A stretch of 64,000 bases of DNA from an uncultured cyanobacterium. GTDB lineage: Bacteria; Cyanobacteriota; Cyanobacteriia; Cyanobacteriales; Nostocaceae. Both the position numbers and the translations under genes were made by a program. Location of the stretch: positions 1,408,001 through 1,472,000 of the forward strand of contig OY970166.1 of NCBI GenBank assembly GCA_963706595.1, written 5' to 3'. The notes below the pieces were generated by a model. That model was not told where the DNA came from. It saw nothing but the letters and a program-made list of their open reading frames with translations, and searched no databases. Shown here piece by piece: positions 48,301 to 58,972 of the stretch (position 1 is its first letter; each line of letters opens with the position of its first letter).

Positions 48301-49191
48301 CGTGGTAGCTGGTTTACCCAAGGTACTCCCCAGTCTATCATTCCTTCTTACTCTCGTTTGCCTAAACCCCATCTCCCCACCGTTGATAGGAAGTTTGCGG
48401 AAAGCTTACCCCTAAAGATTCTGCTAGTTGAAGATATATTAGTTAATCAGAAAATTGCCCTGAAGATGCTGCATCGGTTAGGCTATCGGGCAGATGTGGC
48501 TAATGATGGATGTGAAGCCTTAGAAGCGTTGCAAAGGCAACTTTATGATGTGGTATTTATGGATATCCAGATGCCGGAAATGGATGGGTGGGAAACGACT
48601 CGTCGTGTTCGTGGGGACTTTTCCCAGGATGCTCAACCTTGGATTATTGCTATGACTGCCCATGCTCGTCCAGAAGATCGCCAAGAATGCCTGAGTATTG
48701 GGATGAATGATTTTATTAGTAAGCCGATTAGTTTGGAAGGGCTGGAAGCAGTTCTGAAACAATATGGCATTCAGAGGCATCAAGGCACAGAACCTGTTAG
48801 AGATGGGGTATTAACCTCCTCTAACCAGCAATCAGTGATTGACCACAGTGTTCTGGAAAATCTGCGTAGTATGGCAGGGAGTGAAGGCGACCAGTTAATT
48901 AGGGAACTGATCCAAGCTTATTTAGAAGATGCCCCGGTCAGAATTCAAACAATTAAAAATGCTTTTACCTCTGAAAATCGAACTGATCTCAAGAAAGCGG
49001 CTCATGCTTTGCGATCGCCCAGTGTTAGTATAGGTGCAGTCAAATTGGGTAAAATCTGTGAGACTTTGGAATATAATGCACAGAATCAATCATTAGCACA
49101 AATCGCTGATCTGGTTAATCAAATAGAGAGCGAATATAAAAATTTAATTTCAGTTATAGAAAGTTTTTATATTAATATCAGATCAGATTGA
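45304..49191 (+). CDS. Hybrid histidine kinase: HNOBA-PAS-PAS-GAF(cyanobacteriochrome)-HisKA-HATPase-REC-REC-HPt
   Basis: LFPFHL..LKG..FLGSPW (HNOBA); PAS/PAC motifs; GAF with DPCL and CH; SHEIRTP H-box; GGTGLGL; MDIQMP; AAHALR. Confidence 0.9.
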   Translation: MTKDRVIESKQFSLNPDQFAALFPFHLVIDRDMKIVQAGGVLQRILEPILMLGSFLEEHFQINRPNCPVNFAAISQHTRSSKAGSSPSLFLLQSHHKEMQLKGEIVYLEASDHLLFLGSPWITEITDLKKLDLKLDDFPLYDSVGDYLFLLQSKNSALTDAKKLTARLTSQRAELRATASRLRTVIESLQAGVLLEDETRHVILSNQEFCDQFGIPVAPEALQGVDCQQAAQTSKQLFAEPEKFIQRVDEILGQNQIVLNEELPLQDGRIFEQDYIPILVDQKFYGHLWKYHDITQRKQAENALRLSEERLKLALDAVDEGLWDWNLVTGEVYRSPRWFTMLGYTPEELENDIKLKIRLIHPEDLSLMQERLIAHLKGETPFYEVEVRFLTKSGEWKWILDRGKLVSRDSQGRAMRMVGTHLDITERKLSEAALQQQYERVLLLKQITEEIRQSLQWEKILQTTVTEVQRILQCDRVVIFQINPDGNGKVVQEAVVPGWSVTLDQDINDPCLKAGYFDFYRQGRITVISDVETAGFQPCHLEFLRQFQVKANLVVPILVREDLWGLLIAHQCDRPRQWTQLELDLLKHLADQMGIALTQAQLLTQETHQANLLVLQNEELNLAKQTAETANMAKSNFLATMSHEIRTPMNAIIGMSGMLLDTSLTPEQLDCVETIRNSSNALLTIINDILDFSKIESGKLELEAQPFDLRLCVEEALDLLAPQAASKGIELMYLIEADVPTFITGDITRLRQILWNLMSNAVKFTKIGEVVVTITARQLVSSSGRYELQFAVRDTGIGIPRDRIHRLFKPFSQVDVSMTRRYGGTGLGLVISKRLCEIMGGRMWVDSQPNQGSTFYFTVILPVDQSAINSLTTADPELVGKRLLLAVHNTNLRKCLTLQLQSLGLDVQVGESNTTILQYLWEQKPFALAILDIDHPDLDCLDLTAKIRAIPKQKDLPLVMLSSKGKHTLEVKQIASEFTAFLHKPVRQYQLHNTLLQIVRGSWFTQGTPQSIIPSYSRLPKPHLPTVDRKFAESLPLKILLVEDILVNQKIALKMLHRLGYRADVANDGCEALEALQRQLYDVVFMDIQMPEMDGWETTRRVRGDFSQDAQPWIIAMTAHARPEDRQECLSIGMNDFISKPISLEGLEAVLKQYGIQRHQGTEPVRDGVLTSSNQQSVIDHSVLENLRSMAGSEGDQLIRELIQAYLEDAPVRIQTIKNAFTSENRTDLKKAAHALRSPSVSIGAVKLGKICETLEYNAQNQSLAQIADLVNQIESEYKNLISVIESFYINIRSD

Positions 49192-49229
49192 ATACTGATT
49201 ATATTTGTTAGGTTAGGTAATTACCAATT

Positions 49230-50405
49230 ATGCTTGAAATATCTGATGATAAAATCAAAATTTTAGTCATTGATGATGATCGAATTATCCAAATAGTTCT
49301 TAAACAAACACTTCAAGGACAGGGATATGAAGTTCTTATCGCTTCTAGTGGTGTACAAGGTATTGAGCAAGCTTATCAGCATCATCCTGCCCTGATTATT
49401 TGTGATTGGCAAATGGATGAAATGGATGGCTTAGAAGTATGCCGTATTATTAAATCTGAACCATCTTTATCAAGCACATTTTTTATTTTGCTAACAGCAC
49501 GTACAGCAGTTGAAGATAGGGTTGAAGGTTTAGATAATGGTGCAGATGATTTCTTGAGCAAACCCATTGATGTGAGTGAGCTAAAAGCACGAGTGCGAGC
49601 AGGACTCAGGTTATATCAAACTAATCAAGAGCTTCAGAGATTAGCTGAAGATTTACAAATTCAGAAACAACTTTTAGAAACGGAATTGCATGAAGCTGCT
49701 GATTATGTAACATCTATTTTACCTGAGCCAATCTCAGGATTAGTGACTATCAATCACAGGTTTTTACCTTCTCATCAATTAGGTGGTGATTGCTTTGATT
49801 ACTACTGGTTAGATAAAGAGAACTTAGTTATTTATCTTTTGGATGTTTCTGGACATGGATTAGCCGCTGCACTCCCTTCCATTTCCGTGCATAATTTGTT
49901 GCGATCGCAAACTCTCCCTCAAGCAAATTTTCATCAACCATCTGAAGTTCTCAACGCTTTGAATGAAGTTTTCCAAATGGAAAAACATAACGCCCGTTAC
50001 TTTACCATTTGGTATGGGGTTTTTAACATTGAGTCTTATCGATTAACCTATTCTACTGCTGGACATCCACCAGCTTTATTACTTTCTCAATCAACTGACT
50101 CTAGTATAGATATCAAACAGTTAATTACTCCCAGTATGCCCATCGGGGCATTTGCAGAAGGAGAATATGAAAATGCTGTATGTACAATTCAACCATCTAG
50201 TAAAATCTATGTTTTTAGCGATGGAGTTTATGAAGTTGAAATGTCTGATGGTAAACTGTGGGGATTTAATGATTTTATCAACTTATTGACTAGATGTAAT
50301 CACCATTTAATGAATTTAGACGAAATTTTAGCAGCTATTAAAATTGCTACAGCTAGTCAATCATTTACAGATGACTGCTCTTTATTAGAAATAAACTTTG
50401 GATAG
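49230..50405 (+). CDS. Response regulator with PP2C/SpoIIE phosphatase output (RsbU/RsbP-like)
   Basis: IDDD..CDWQM..KP receiver; GGDCFDY, DVSGHG, AGHPP, SDGV, DDCS. Confidence 0.92.
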   Translation: MLEISDDKIKILVIDDDRIIQIVLKQTLQGQGYEVLIASSGVQGIEQAYQHHPALIICDWQMDEMDGLEVCRIIKSEPSLSSTFFILLTARTAVEDRVEGLDNGADDFLSKPIDVSELKARVRAGLRLYQTNQELQRLAEDLQIQKQLLETELHEAADYVTSILPEPISGLVTINHRFLPSHQLGGDCFDYYWLDKENLVIYLLDVSGHGLAAALPSISVHNLLRSQTLPQANFHQPSEVLNALNEVFQMEKHNARYFTIWYGVFNIESYRLTYSTAGHPPALLLSQSTDSSIDIKQLITPSMPIGAFAEGEYENAVCTIQPSSKIYVFSDGVYEVEMSDGKLWGFNDFINLLTRCNHHLMNLDEILAAIKIATASQSFTDDCSLLEINFG

Positions 50406-50512
50406 GCTCAATAATGCTTTGGAAGCAGAGAATAGTTAACGCAAGTGAGATCATTGGTTGTATATTGAAAAAACCACCAATGAACTTCGTGTCCTTCTTG
50501 GTTCGTTACTCC

Positions 50513-51337
50513 ATGATAAAAAGCCCATTACGTTACCCTGGTGGTAAATCAAAAGCCATTAACCAAATAGCCGCACACATACCAGATAACTTCTCGGAAT
50601 TTCGAGAACCATTTGTAGGTGGAGGTTCCGCATTTATTTACTTAAAGCAGAAATTTCCTCACCTCCAAATCTGGATAAACGATTTAAACCGCGAATTATT
50701 TCTGTTTTGGAAATATGCGAAATCTGATTTACCGCAGCTAGTCGAAGAAATCCGCCGTGTTAAAGATAAATATACCGATGGTAAAATCCTATTTAAAGAA
50801 TTAACCACCATAGATACTCAAACATTATCTGAGTTTGAGAGAGCAGTACGCTTTTTTGTTCTCAATAGAATTACATTTTCTGGTACTGTGGAATCAGGCG
50901 GATTTTCTGAGCAAGCTTTTCAGAAACGCTTTACATACTCCTCAATAGACCGCCTAGAGAAATTAGCAGAAATTTTAACAGATGATGTCAAAATAACTAA
51001 CTTAGATTACAGTCAACTATTAGACGCAGACGGGAAAAATGTATTTATATTTTTAGACCCACCTTACTTTGCTGCGACTAAATCCAGGTTATATGGTAAA
51101 GATGGTGATTTACACACAACATTTAAGCATCAAAGATTTGCGGAATTGCTCAGAGAATGTCATCACCGTTGGTTAATAACTTACGATGATTCACCTCAAA
51201 TTAGAGAAAACTTCCCAGACTCTCATCTGTTTGAATGGGAATTGCAGTATGGTATGAATAACTATAAACAAGGTAGCGCTGCGAAAGGTAAAGAGTTATT
51301 CATCAGTAATTATATTCACATTTTAAATATGAAATGA
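50513..51337 (+). CDS. Dam-family DNA adenine (N6) methyltransferase, solitary
   Basis: SPLRYPGGKS, EPFVGGGS, LDPPY; start at 50513 preferred. Confidence 0.88.
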   Translation: MIKSPLRYPGGKSKAINQIAAHIPDNFSEFREPFVGGGSAFIYLKQKFPHLQIWINDLNRELFLFWKYAKSDLPQLVEEIRRVKDKYTDGKILFKELTTIDTQTLSEFERAVRFFVLNRITFSGTVESGGFSEQAFQKRFTYSSIDRLEKLAEILTDDVKITNLDYSQLLDADGKNVFIFLDPPYFAATKSRLYGKDGDLHTTFKHQRFAELLRECHHRWLITYDDSPQIRENFPDSHLFEWELQYGMNNYKQGSAAKGKELFISNYIHILNMK

Positions 51338-51354
51338 TGGTATTGTAAAATAAT

Positions 51355-51538
51355 GAAAGCCGTCAAAATAGGCAGCTATGATATCTAGCTCTATCTGCCT
51401 TGCTTTCATCTCAGCAACCCGTCTATTTTCGGCAATATCAACTAAATTTAAAGATCAGTATTTCTGATTACCACCAAACAAGGCTCTAGGCAATCTTAAT
51501 TTAAGACGACCTTTTAGAGATTCAATCCCAACTTTCAT
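51355..51538 (-). pseudogene. Remnant of a tyrosine integrase N-terminal arm-binding domain (DUF3596-like)
   Basis: MKVGIESLKGRLKLRLPRALFGGNQKY*SLNL.D..ENRRVAEMKARQIELDI...FD; in-frame TGA at 51455-51457; no catalytic domain. Confidence 0.65.
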
Positions 51539-51660
51539 TGACTATTACAGAGACTATAAGGTTTGCAGAGCATAGTCAGAACAGCTTAAACGACAAATTC
51601 AGCCCCCGATGACTATTCATGACTAGGAGCTGAAACCCTTATATAGTAAGCTTGATTAAA

Positions 51661-51734
51661 TGGCTCAGGTCAGATTTGAACTGACGACCCCAGGCTTATG
51701 AGTCCCGTACTCTAACCAACTGAGCTACTGAGCC
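51661..51734 (-). tRNA. trnM: tRNA-Met(CAT), elongator-type; CCA not encoded
   Basis: GGCTCAG acceptor stem, TAGCTCAGTTGGTTAGAG D-arm, CTCATAA anticodon loop, GTTCAAATC T-loop; paired G1-C72. Confidence 0.92.
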
Positions 51735-51922
51735 TTACGTTTGATACTTTGTCATCATAGCATATAGGTTTTGGTATGGCTAGTATTTTGAGAGATTAAT
51801 TTTTTCAGAGGGGGATGAGGGGTTTTTTGTCACGCACTAGGCGCAGAGGCGCACCAGAGGAAGAGAAGAAGAGAGGAGTTCATCCCGCAATATGCAATTG
51901 CTGTAAATCCTTACTTAGCAAA

Positions 51923-52366
51923 CTAGGAAGGGCTATGATGATTACTTTCTAAAATCAAATTCATTGCTTGCTGAATAATCGCATCCTGATTTACCATTTT
52001 TGTTAACTCATCTGCTGCATATCTTCCTTCATAAGCTTCTAAAGCAGCCTTTCTTAAAGCTGACTCATAAGCATCTTGTAGAGTTTCTAATAACTCCGCT
52101 TCGGTGAAATAACTACCTTTAGCCTTTGGGCGTTGATTAGTACGTTGAATGTGCTTAACAGAATTAAGAATAGAAGTTTCCCAAGACCTAGTGCTACGTT
52201 TTTCTGCTGCTTGTTTAATCAAATGCAACAAAACAATAATCGCGTAACTAAAAATCTTATTCAGCTTGTCAGATTTACTCATCTCCTCTAATTCATCAAC
52301 CAATTCCAACGCCTCTGGGATTTTCCCCTCCTCCAACAATTCCCTTAAAATTAATAACTCTTCCAT
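51923..52366 (-). CDS. DUF29 family protein
   Basis: LEEMSKSD...LLHLIK.....RSW..SI motif. Confidence 0.8.
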   Translation of the reverse strand: MEELLILRELLEEGKIPEALELVDELEEMSKSDKLNKIFSYAIIVLLHLIKQAAEKRSTRSWETSILNSVKHIQRTNQRPKAKGSYFTEAELLETLQDAYESALRKAALEAYEGRYAADELTKMVNQDAIIQQAMNLILESNHHSPS

Positions 52367-52440
52367 AGTTCTTTACTCCTCCTATTTTGAAATTCACCTT
52401 TCCTCCTCTGCGCCTCTGCGTCTCTGCGTGAACCTAACTC

Positions 52441-55329
52441 TTATTTCCTCGCTACCGCATACTGCTTTAACACCTGCTGCAAATATTGTCCAGTATAAGA
52501 ACGGGGATTTTTAGCAACTTCCTCTGGTGTCCCCACAGCAATGATTTCTCCCCCTTTATCGCCACCTTCAGGACCCAAATCAATTACCCAATCAGAACAA
52601 CGAATCACATCTAAATTGTGTTCAATCACTAAAATTGAATTACCTTTATCGACTAATCTTTGCAACACATCCAACAATTTATGGACATCATAAAAAGATA
52701 ACCCTGTGGTTGGTTCATCTATTAAATAAAGCGTCTTACCTGTCGCCCGACGAGATAATTCCGTCGCTAATTTTACCCGTTGCGCTTCACCACCAGATAA
52801 GGTAGTTGCTGGTTGTCCCAATTTGACATAACCCAAACCCACATCATATAAAGTTTGTAACCGAGTCACAGCTTTAGGAATGTTTTGGAAGAATTCTAAA
52901 CTTTCCTCAACGGTCATATTCAGAACATCAGAAATAGACTTATCTTTGTATTTCACCTGCAAAGTTTCGCGGTTATATCTCGCACCTTTGCAAACTTCAC
53001 ACTGGACATAAACATCAGGGAGAAAATTCATTTCAATCACATTTACACCCTGTCCGCTACAAGCTTCACAACGTCCACCTTTGACATTGAAAGAAAATTG
53101 TCCAGGTTTATATCCCCTGGCTTTCGCTTCCACTGTTTGGGAAAATACATCCCGAATTGCATCGAAAATACCTGTATAAGTTGCAGGATTAGAACGTGGT
53201 GTACGTCCTATGGGCGATTGGTCAATAACAATGGCTTTATCTACTGCATTTAATCCCTGAATTTCCTGTAAGTGTCTTGGTAAAGGAACTTTCTTGGTTA
53301 AATGATGTTGTAATGAGGGATAAAGTAATTCGTTAATGAGGGTAGATTTCCCAGAACCAGAAACACCAGTTACAGCGACAAGTTTACCTAAAGGAATTTC
53401 GACATCGATATTTCTTAAATTATTGCGATGAGCATTTTTAATTCCTAAGCTGCGCCCGTTTCCTTTTCTCCGTTCCTCTGGTGTAGAAATTACTCTTCTT
53501 CCAGATAAATAAGCACCTGTTAAGGAATCTTCTGCTGCTAGTAAAGTTTCTAAATCACCTTGGGAAACAATATTTCCGCCGTGGATTCCTGCACCGGGTC
53601 CAATATCAACGATATAATTGGCGGCACGGATGGTTTCTTCATCATGCTCAACGACTATTAAAGTATTACCTAAATCGCGTAATTTAGTTAAAGTTTTGAG
53701 TAACCGTCCATTATCTCGTTGATGCAAACCAATACTTGGTTCGTCTAAAACGTAAAGCACTCCAGTTAAACCAGAACCAATTTGCGTTGCTAACCGAATG
53801 CGTTGGGCTTCTCCACCAGAAAGAGTCATGGCGGGACGATCTAAAGTAAGATAATCTAAGCCAACATCTAACAAAAATTGTAGTCTAGCTTTAATTTCTC
53901 TTAAGACTAAATCGGCAATTTGAATTTGGCGATCGCTCAATTCTAACAAATCTATTCTTTCCCGACAATCCCGAATCGAAACTTCAGTTAAATCTTTAAT
54001 TCCATATTGTCCCAATCGTACCGCTAAAGCCTCTGGTTTTAACCGTTTCCCCCCACAAACTTCACAAGGTTGATCAACCAAATATTGCTCTAACTTCTGC
54101 TTAACTAACTCCGTCCCACCTTCATATTGACGTTGCAAAATCGGAATCACACCCTTAAAACTCTGAGTCCTCCGTGCCTCTGCGGTTCGTTCCTCCTTCT
54201 CTCCATACATAACAGTGTGCTGCTGTTCTACTGTTAGCTGATTCCACTTAGCTTGTAACTCAAACCCAGTAGTCTGTCCCACACTATAAAGTAATTCCAA
54301 ATAATAAGAATTATCTTTTTCTGACCAAGGCGCGATCGCCGCGTAAATTGGTGCGTCGGGGTCTGGTACAATCAAATCAGGCGTAAATGTCTTTAAAGTG
54401 CCGATACCGTGACAGTGGGGACAAGCACCATAAGGCGAGTTAAAGGAAAACAGGCGCGGCGATAACTCTTCCATCACCGCCCCGTGAACCGGACAAGCAA
54501 AGTTTTCTGAAAATACTAATTCCTCTTCTGTATCTTCCCCATTCTCAGAAGTCAAGCTGACAAGAATGGTAGCAATCCCACCAGACTGTTTTAAGCACGT
54601 AGACAGAGAATCAACCAAACGCTCTTGAATACCAGCTTTTTTCACCAAGCGGTCAATAACAACTTCGATAGTATGGGTAATATTTTTATCTAATTCAATC
54701 GAGTCTGACAGTTCGCGGACTTCTCCATCCACACGCACCCGCACAAAACCCTGAGAAGCGAGACTTGATATCAGCTTGCGGTGAGTTCCTTTTTTACCTC
54801 TGACAACAGGCGCAAGAATTTGGAATTTAGTTTTGTCTGGTAAATCGGAGATGCGATCGCACATCTCATCGATGGTCTGGGGTGCAATAGAGCGATCGCA
54901 TATCGGACAATGGGGTTCACCAGCGCGACCAAATAACAGTCGCAAATAATCGTAAATTTCCGTCACCGTCCCCACCGTGGAACGAGGATTATGGGAGGTA
55001 GACTTTTGATCGATGGAAATGGCGGGACTTAAGCCTTCAATGGCTTCCACATCCGGTTTATCTAATTGACCTAAAAATTGCCGCGCGTAGGCGCTGAGGG
55101 ACTCTACATAACGCCTTTGACCTTCTGCGAAAATGGTATCAAAGGCTAAAGAAGATTTACCCGAACCAGAAACCCCAGTAAATACAATCAGGCGATCGCG
55201 CGGTAATTCCAAGTCAATATTCTTCAGATTATGCTGCCTAGCACCCCGAATCCGAATGGTATTCTGGCTGTTGTGGTGAGAATGAGGAAGATGTCCATTT
55301 AAGGATGGGGCTAGCTTTTGATCTGACAT
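52441..55329 (-). CDS. uvrA: Excinuclease ABC subunit A
   Basis: GARQHNLKN, two GVSGSGKS Walker A motifs, LSGGEAQR x2, Zn fingers; true start likely MSDQK at 55329. Confidence 0.97.
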   Translation of the reverse strand: MSDQKLAPSLNGHLPHSHHNSQNTIRIRGARQHNLKNIDLELPRDRLIVFTGVSGSGKSSLAFDTIFAEGQRRYVESLSAYARQFLGQLDKPDVEAIEGLSPAISIDQKSTSHNPRSTVGTVTEIYDYLRLLFGRAGEPHCPICDRSIAPQTIDEMCDRISDLPDKTKFQILAPVVRGKKGTHRKLISSLASQGFVRVRVDGEVRELSDSIELDKNITHTIEVVIDRLVKKAGIQERLVDSLSTCLKQSGGIATILVSLTSENGEDTEEELVFSENFACPVHGAVMEELSPRLFSFNSPYGACPHCHGIGTLKTFTPDLIVPDPDAPIYAAIAPWSEKDNSYYLELLYSVGQTTGFELQAKWNQLTVEQQHTVMYGEKEERTAEARRTQSFKGVIPILQRQYEGGTELVKQKLEQYLVDQPCEVCGGKRLKPEALAVRLGQYGIKDLTEVSIRDCRERIDLLELSDRQIQIADLVLREIKARLQFLLDVGLDYLTLDRPAMTLSGGEAQRIRLATQIGSGLTGVLYVLDEPSIGLHQRDNGRLLKTLTKLRDLGNTLIVVEHDEETIRAANYIVDIGPGAGIHGGNIVSQGDLETLLAAEDSLTGAYLSGRRVISTPEERRKGNGRSLGIKNAHRNNLRNIDVEIPLGKLVAVTGVSGSGKSTLINELLYPSLQHHLTKKVPLPRHLQEIQGLNAVDKAIVIDQSPIGRTPRSNPATYTGIFDAIRDVFSQTVEAKARGYKPGQFSFNVKGGRCEACSGQGVNVIEMNFLPDVYVQCEVCKGARYNRETLQVKYKDKSISDVLNMTVEESLEFFQNIPKAVTRLQTLYDVGLGYVKLGQPATTLSGGEAQRVKLATELSRRATGKTLYLIDEPTTGLSFYDVHKLLDVLQRLVDKGNSILVIEHNLDVIRCSDWVIDLGPEGGDKGGEIIAVGTPEEVAKNPRSYTGQYLQQVLKQYAVARK

Positions 55330-55357
55330 ATCGGCTTGGTGATAGTAAGAGGCGGCT

Positions 55358-55467
55358 GGAATAAGAGGCAGGGGAGCAGGGAGCAGGGGGGGAATTAAGA
55401 GGCAGGGGAGCAGGGTGCAGGGAGCAGGGGGGGAATTAAGAGGCAGGGGAGCAGGGTGCAAGGGGGA
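55358..55467. repeat. Three tandem purine-rich units (GGAATTAAGAGGCAGGGGAGCAGGG..)
   Basis: Directly visible; causes the spurious N-terminal extension of the uvrA ORF. Confidence 0.8.
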
Positions 55468-55624
55468 GTAAGAAATTACTTTAAACTTGCGGTTACTTAA
55501 CAACGATTCCTCTTCTCTCCTGCACCCTACCCCGTTCCTCTTCTCCCCTACCTCTTTTGGTCATTTCCCTCTGCTTCTTCGTTGAAACAATCCTTCATAA
55601 TACTATCTTTACTACGGTTCTAGT

Positions 55625-55638
55625 AGAACAGCCGTACT
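55625..55638 (-). promoter_or_regulatory. Cyanobacterial LexA (SOS) box upstream of uvrA
   Basis: Minus strand AGTACGGCTGTTCT fits RGTAC-NNN-DGTWCB. Confidence 0.7.
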
Positions 55639-56206
55639 GCTTTATTGTGGTTGTGATTATACCCCTAAGTATAGAGCAATATCCGCAGGTCAGTTTTCTC
55701 TAGTGCTTTAACTCAGCAGAAAAATAAAATCAGATTTCCCCTGTATAATTTACATCTATCAAAAGTAATACTTATAAATGGAAACCATAGAAAATTTTCC
55801 AAGTATGAGCAGATCATTTCTTATGTTTAATGCAGAAGATTAAATTAAACTTAAAATTAATATTAAAAACCTTTTAATATGATACTAAATTTGTTAGCCT
55901 TTCCTAGAGACAACAGAGGCGGTTAACAATTATTACTTAAATAGAACTCCTGTTTGCTTTTTGTAGGCGTACCCTGCGCTATACCCTGACAAGACTTGGT
56001 ACAAATTTATTCCATCTTCCCTGAGAAGATTACCCTAGACACATAAGTAAATTCACGACATCAAGTCAAATTACTAGAAATTCAGTAATCAATAATTCTG
56101 CCTAATGTTCCCGCAATAACTGGAGAAATTCTTCGTGAGTCAGATGGCCTGTGTAACACAAATACCTAAACTGGCAGACTGAAGAATTTATCAAAATAAT
56201 TTCGCA

Positions 56207-58600
56207 ATGGAGTTGAATATGACTTTAACAAGTACCCCACAAGCCAAGCCCTTAGCAGATGAAGAACTGCGGAAAATAAACGCTTACTGGCGTGCGGCTA
56301 ACTATCTTTCAGTTGGGCAAATATATCTCTTCGACAATCCCCTACTCAAAGAACCGTTAAGACCGGAACACATTAAACCCCGACTTCTGGGACATTGGGG
56401 AACCACACCAGGGCTGAACTTTATTTATGTTCATCTCAACCGGGTTATTAAAAAGTACGACCTCAACACAATTTACATTGCAGGTCCCGGTCATGGCGGA
56501 CCTGGACTAGTAGCTAATACTTACCTAGAAGGGACTTACAGCGAATACTATCCTAACATTTCCCAGGATGCTGAGGGAATGAAGAAACTATTTAAACAGT
56601 TCTCTTTTCCTGGCGGTATTCCTAGCCACGTAGCACCAGAAACCCCTGGTTCAATTCATGAAGGTGGTGAACTGGGTTATGCTCTTGTTCATGCTTATGG
56701 TGCGGCTTTTGATAACCCAGACTTAATTGTGGCGGCTGTTGTAGGCGATGGTGAAGCAGAAACCGGGGCTTTAGCGACAAGTTGGCATTCCAACAAATTT
56801 CTCAATCCTGTCCATGATGGTGCAGTCCTGCCGATTTTGCACCTGAATGGTTATAAAATTGCTAACCCCACCCTATTAGCAAGATTGAGTTATGAGGAAT
56901 TGGAAAACCTCTTTTTAGGTTATGGTTACAAACCTTATTTTGTCGAAGGTGTTGAACCCGCCGATGTTCACCAGCAAATGGCTGCAACTTTAGATATTGC
57001 GATCGCGGAAATTCAAAGCATCCAGAGAGAAGCCCGTGTACACGGTTTCAGCAAGCGTCCCCAGTGGCCGATGATTATCCTCAGAACCCCCAAAGGTTGG
57101 ACAGGCCCCAAAGAAGTTAACGGCAAAAAAACCGAAGGTTCCTGGCGATCGCATCAAGTCCCATTTGGTAGTGTCACCGCCAACCCAGAAAACCTGAAAT
57201 TACTCGAAGACTGGATGCGGAGTTACAAACCAGAAGAACTCTTCGATGCTAACGGAACACTCATTCCCGAACTAGCAGAACTAGCGCCCCAAGGACATCG
57301 ACGCATGGGCGACAATCCCCACACCAACGGCGGTGCGCTGTTGCGGGATCTAAAAATGCCCGATTTCCCAGACTATGCTGTTGATGTTAGTCACCCAGGT
57401 ACAACTTATGCCGCAGCTACCCAAGTAACGGGAGAGTTCCTGCGGGATGTGATGAAACTCAACGAAGAAAGCAGCAACTTTCGCATCTTTGGACCTGACG
57501 AAACAGCCTCAAATCGCCTCGGTGCTGTTTTAGAAGTTACAGACCGGACTTGGGTAGCCGACATCCTCCCAGAAGATGAACATTTGTCTCCTAACGGTCG
57601 GGTGATGGAAGTCCTGAGTGAAACCAATTGTCAAGGCTGGTTAGAAGGCTATTTACTTACAGGTCGTCACGGATTTTTCTCCTGCTATGAGGCTTTTATC
57701 CACATCATTGACTCAATGTTCAACCAGCACGCCAAATGGTTGAAAACCACCCGTGATATCCCTTGGCGGCGACCCATTGCTTCCCTCAACTACTTACTAA
57801 CTTCACACGTTTGGCGACAAGACCACAACGGTTTCTCTCACCAAGACCCTGGTTTTATCGACCATGTACTCAACAAAAAAGCCGAGATTATTCGCGTATA
57901 TTTACCACCCGATGCGAATACTTTGCTATCAGTCACAGACCATTGTTTGAGAAGTCGCCACTATGTAAACGTCATCGTTGCAGGTAAGCAGCCATCATTA
58001 CAATACTTAGATATGGATGCCGCTATCAAGCACTGCACCAAGGGCTTAAGTATTTGGGAATGGGCTAGTAACGATAAAGGTAGCGAACCAGATGTAGTCA
58101 TGGCTTGTGCTGGGGACGTTCCCACCTTAGAAACCTTAGCCGCCGTGGATATTCTCCGCCAGCACTTCCCCGAATTAAAAGTGCGGGTAGTGAACGTAGT
58201 CAATTTAATGAAACTACAGCCCCAAAGTGAGCATCCCCACGGTTTAAGCAGCAAAGAATTTGATACCATCTTTACCACAGATAAACCGATCATCTTTGCT
58301 TTTCATGGCTATCCCTGGCTAATTCATCGTCTAACTTATCGCCAAACCAACCACAAAAACTTACACGTGCGTGGTTATAAAGAAGAAGGAACTACCACTA
58401 CTCCATTTGATATGGTAGTGCTGAATGATCTTGATCGCTTTCATCTAGTAATGGACGTAATTGACCGCGTACCACAACTAGGTTCTAGAGCTGCTTATGT
58501 CAAGCAGATGTTAGAAGATAAGCTGATTGAACACAAGCATTACATTCAGAAATACGGTGATGATATGCCGGACATTCGCGATTGGAAATGGCCTTATTAA
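56207..58600 (+). CDS. xfp: Phosphoketolase (xylulose-5-P/fructose-6-P)
   Basis: [44 protein letters not shown]; start may be 56219. Confidence 0.95.
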   Translation: MELNMTLTSTPQAKPLADEELRKINAYWRAANYLSVGQIYLFDNPLLKEPLRPEHIKPRLLGHWGTTPGLNFIYVHLNRVIKKYDLNTIYIAGPGHGGPGLVANTYLEGTYSEYYPNISQDAEGMKKLFKQFSFPGGIPSHVAPETPGSIHEGGELGYALVHAYGAAFDNPDLIVAAVVGDGEAETGALATSWHSNKFLNPVHDGAVLPILHLNGYKIANPTLLARLSYEELENLFLGYGYKPYFVEGVEPADVHQQMAATLDIAIAEIQSIQREARVHGFSKRPQWPMIILRTPKGWTGPKEVNGKKTEGSWRSHQVPFGSVTANPENLKLLEDWMRSYKPEELFDANGTLIPELAELAPQGHRRMGDNPHTNGGALLRDLKMPDFPDYAVDVSHPGTTYAAATQVTGEFLRDVMKLNEESSNFRIFGPDETASNRLGAVLEVTDRTWVADILPEDEHLSPNGRVMEVLSETNCQGWLEGYLLTGRHGFFSCYEAFIHIIDSMFNQHAKWLKTTRDIPWRRPIASLNYLLTSHVWRQDHNGFSHQDPGFIDHVLNKKAEIIRVYLPPDANTLLSVTDHCLRSRHYVNVIVAGKQPSLQYLDMDAAIKHCTKGLSIWEWASNDKGSEPDVVMACAGDVPTLETLAAVDILRQHFPELKVRVVNVVNLMKLQPQSEHPHGLSSKEFDTIFTTDKPIIFAFHGYPWLIHRLTYRQTNHKNLHVRGYKEEGTTTTPFDMVVLNDLDRFHLVMDVIDRVPQLGSRAAYVKQMLEDKLIEHKHYIQKYGDDMPDIRDWKWPY

Positions 58601-58654
58601 TGGTTGACATTAAACCATTTTTAGGATTTCATTAATTTTTTGACTTAGCGAATC

Positions 58655-58687
58655 AGATCCCCGACTTCTTCAAGAAGTCGGGGATCT
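58655..58687. terminator. Palindromic repeat / terminator after xfp
   Basis: AGATCCCCGACTTCTT-C-AAGAAGTCGGGGATCT followed by T-rich sequence. Confidence 0.65.
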
Positions 58688-58730
58688 TTGTGTTTGTGAA
58701 TCATTTTTTTGGTTGTTGTTATTGCTGAAC

Positions 58731-58886
58731 TAATACTGTTCGGTTAACGATATTTGCACATTGGAGATCCCCCTAAATCCCCCTTAACAAGGGGGACTTT
58801 GAGGACTTTAGCCCTGCTTTTCAAGGGGGGTTGGGGGGATTGCCTACGGCACGCTACGCGAACAAAACCTTAACCGAAAAGTATTG
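58731..58886. mobile_element. 156-bp MITE with ~18-bp TIRs and a degenerate 10-bp target duplication
   Basis: TAATACTGTTCGGTTAAC / CTTAACCGAAAAGTATTG; flanks ATTGCTGAAC and AGTCCTGAAC. Confidence 0.7.
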
Positions 58887-58972
58887 AGTCCTGAACCAAA
58901 CCACGCTGTTGTCTTGTATAATGACTTACACAAAATAATAATTTTTTTTTAATTATATTAAGGTTTGCCTAT

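Noticed and set aside
51661..51734. Initiator tRNA-fMet
   Set aside because: Position 1-72 is paired and the anticodon stem lacks three clean consecutive G-C pairs next to the loop; Ile2(CAT) is not formally excluded
55330..55503. 58-aa N-terminal extension of UvrA in the ORF track
   Set aside because: Pro/Leu-rich translation of an intergenic tandem repeat
56150..56166. NtcA box upstream of xfp (GTAACACAAATAC)
   Set aside because: Spacing is GTA-N7-TAC, not N8
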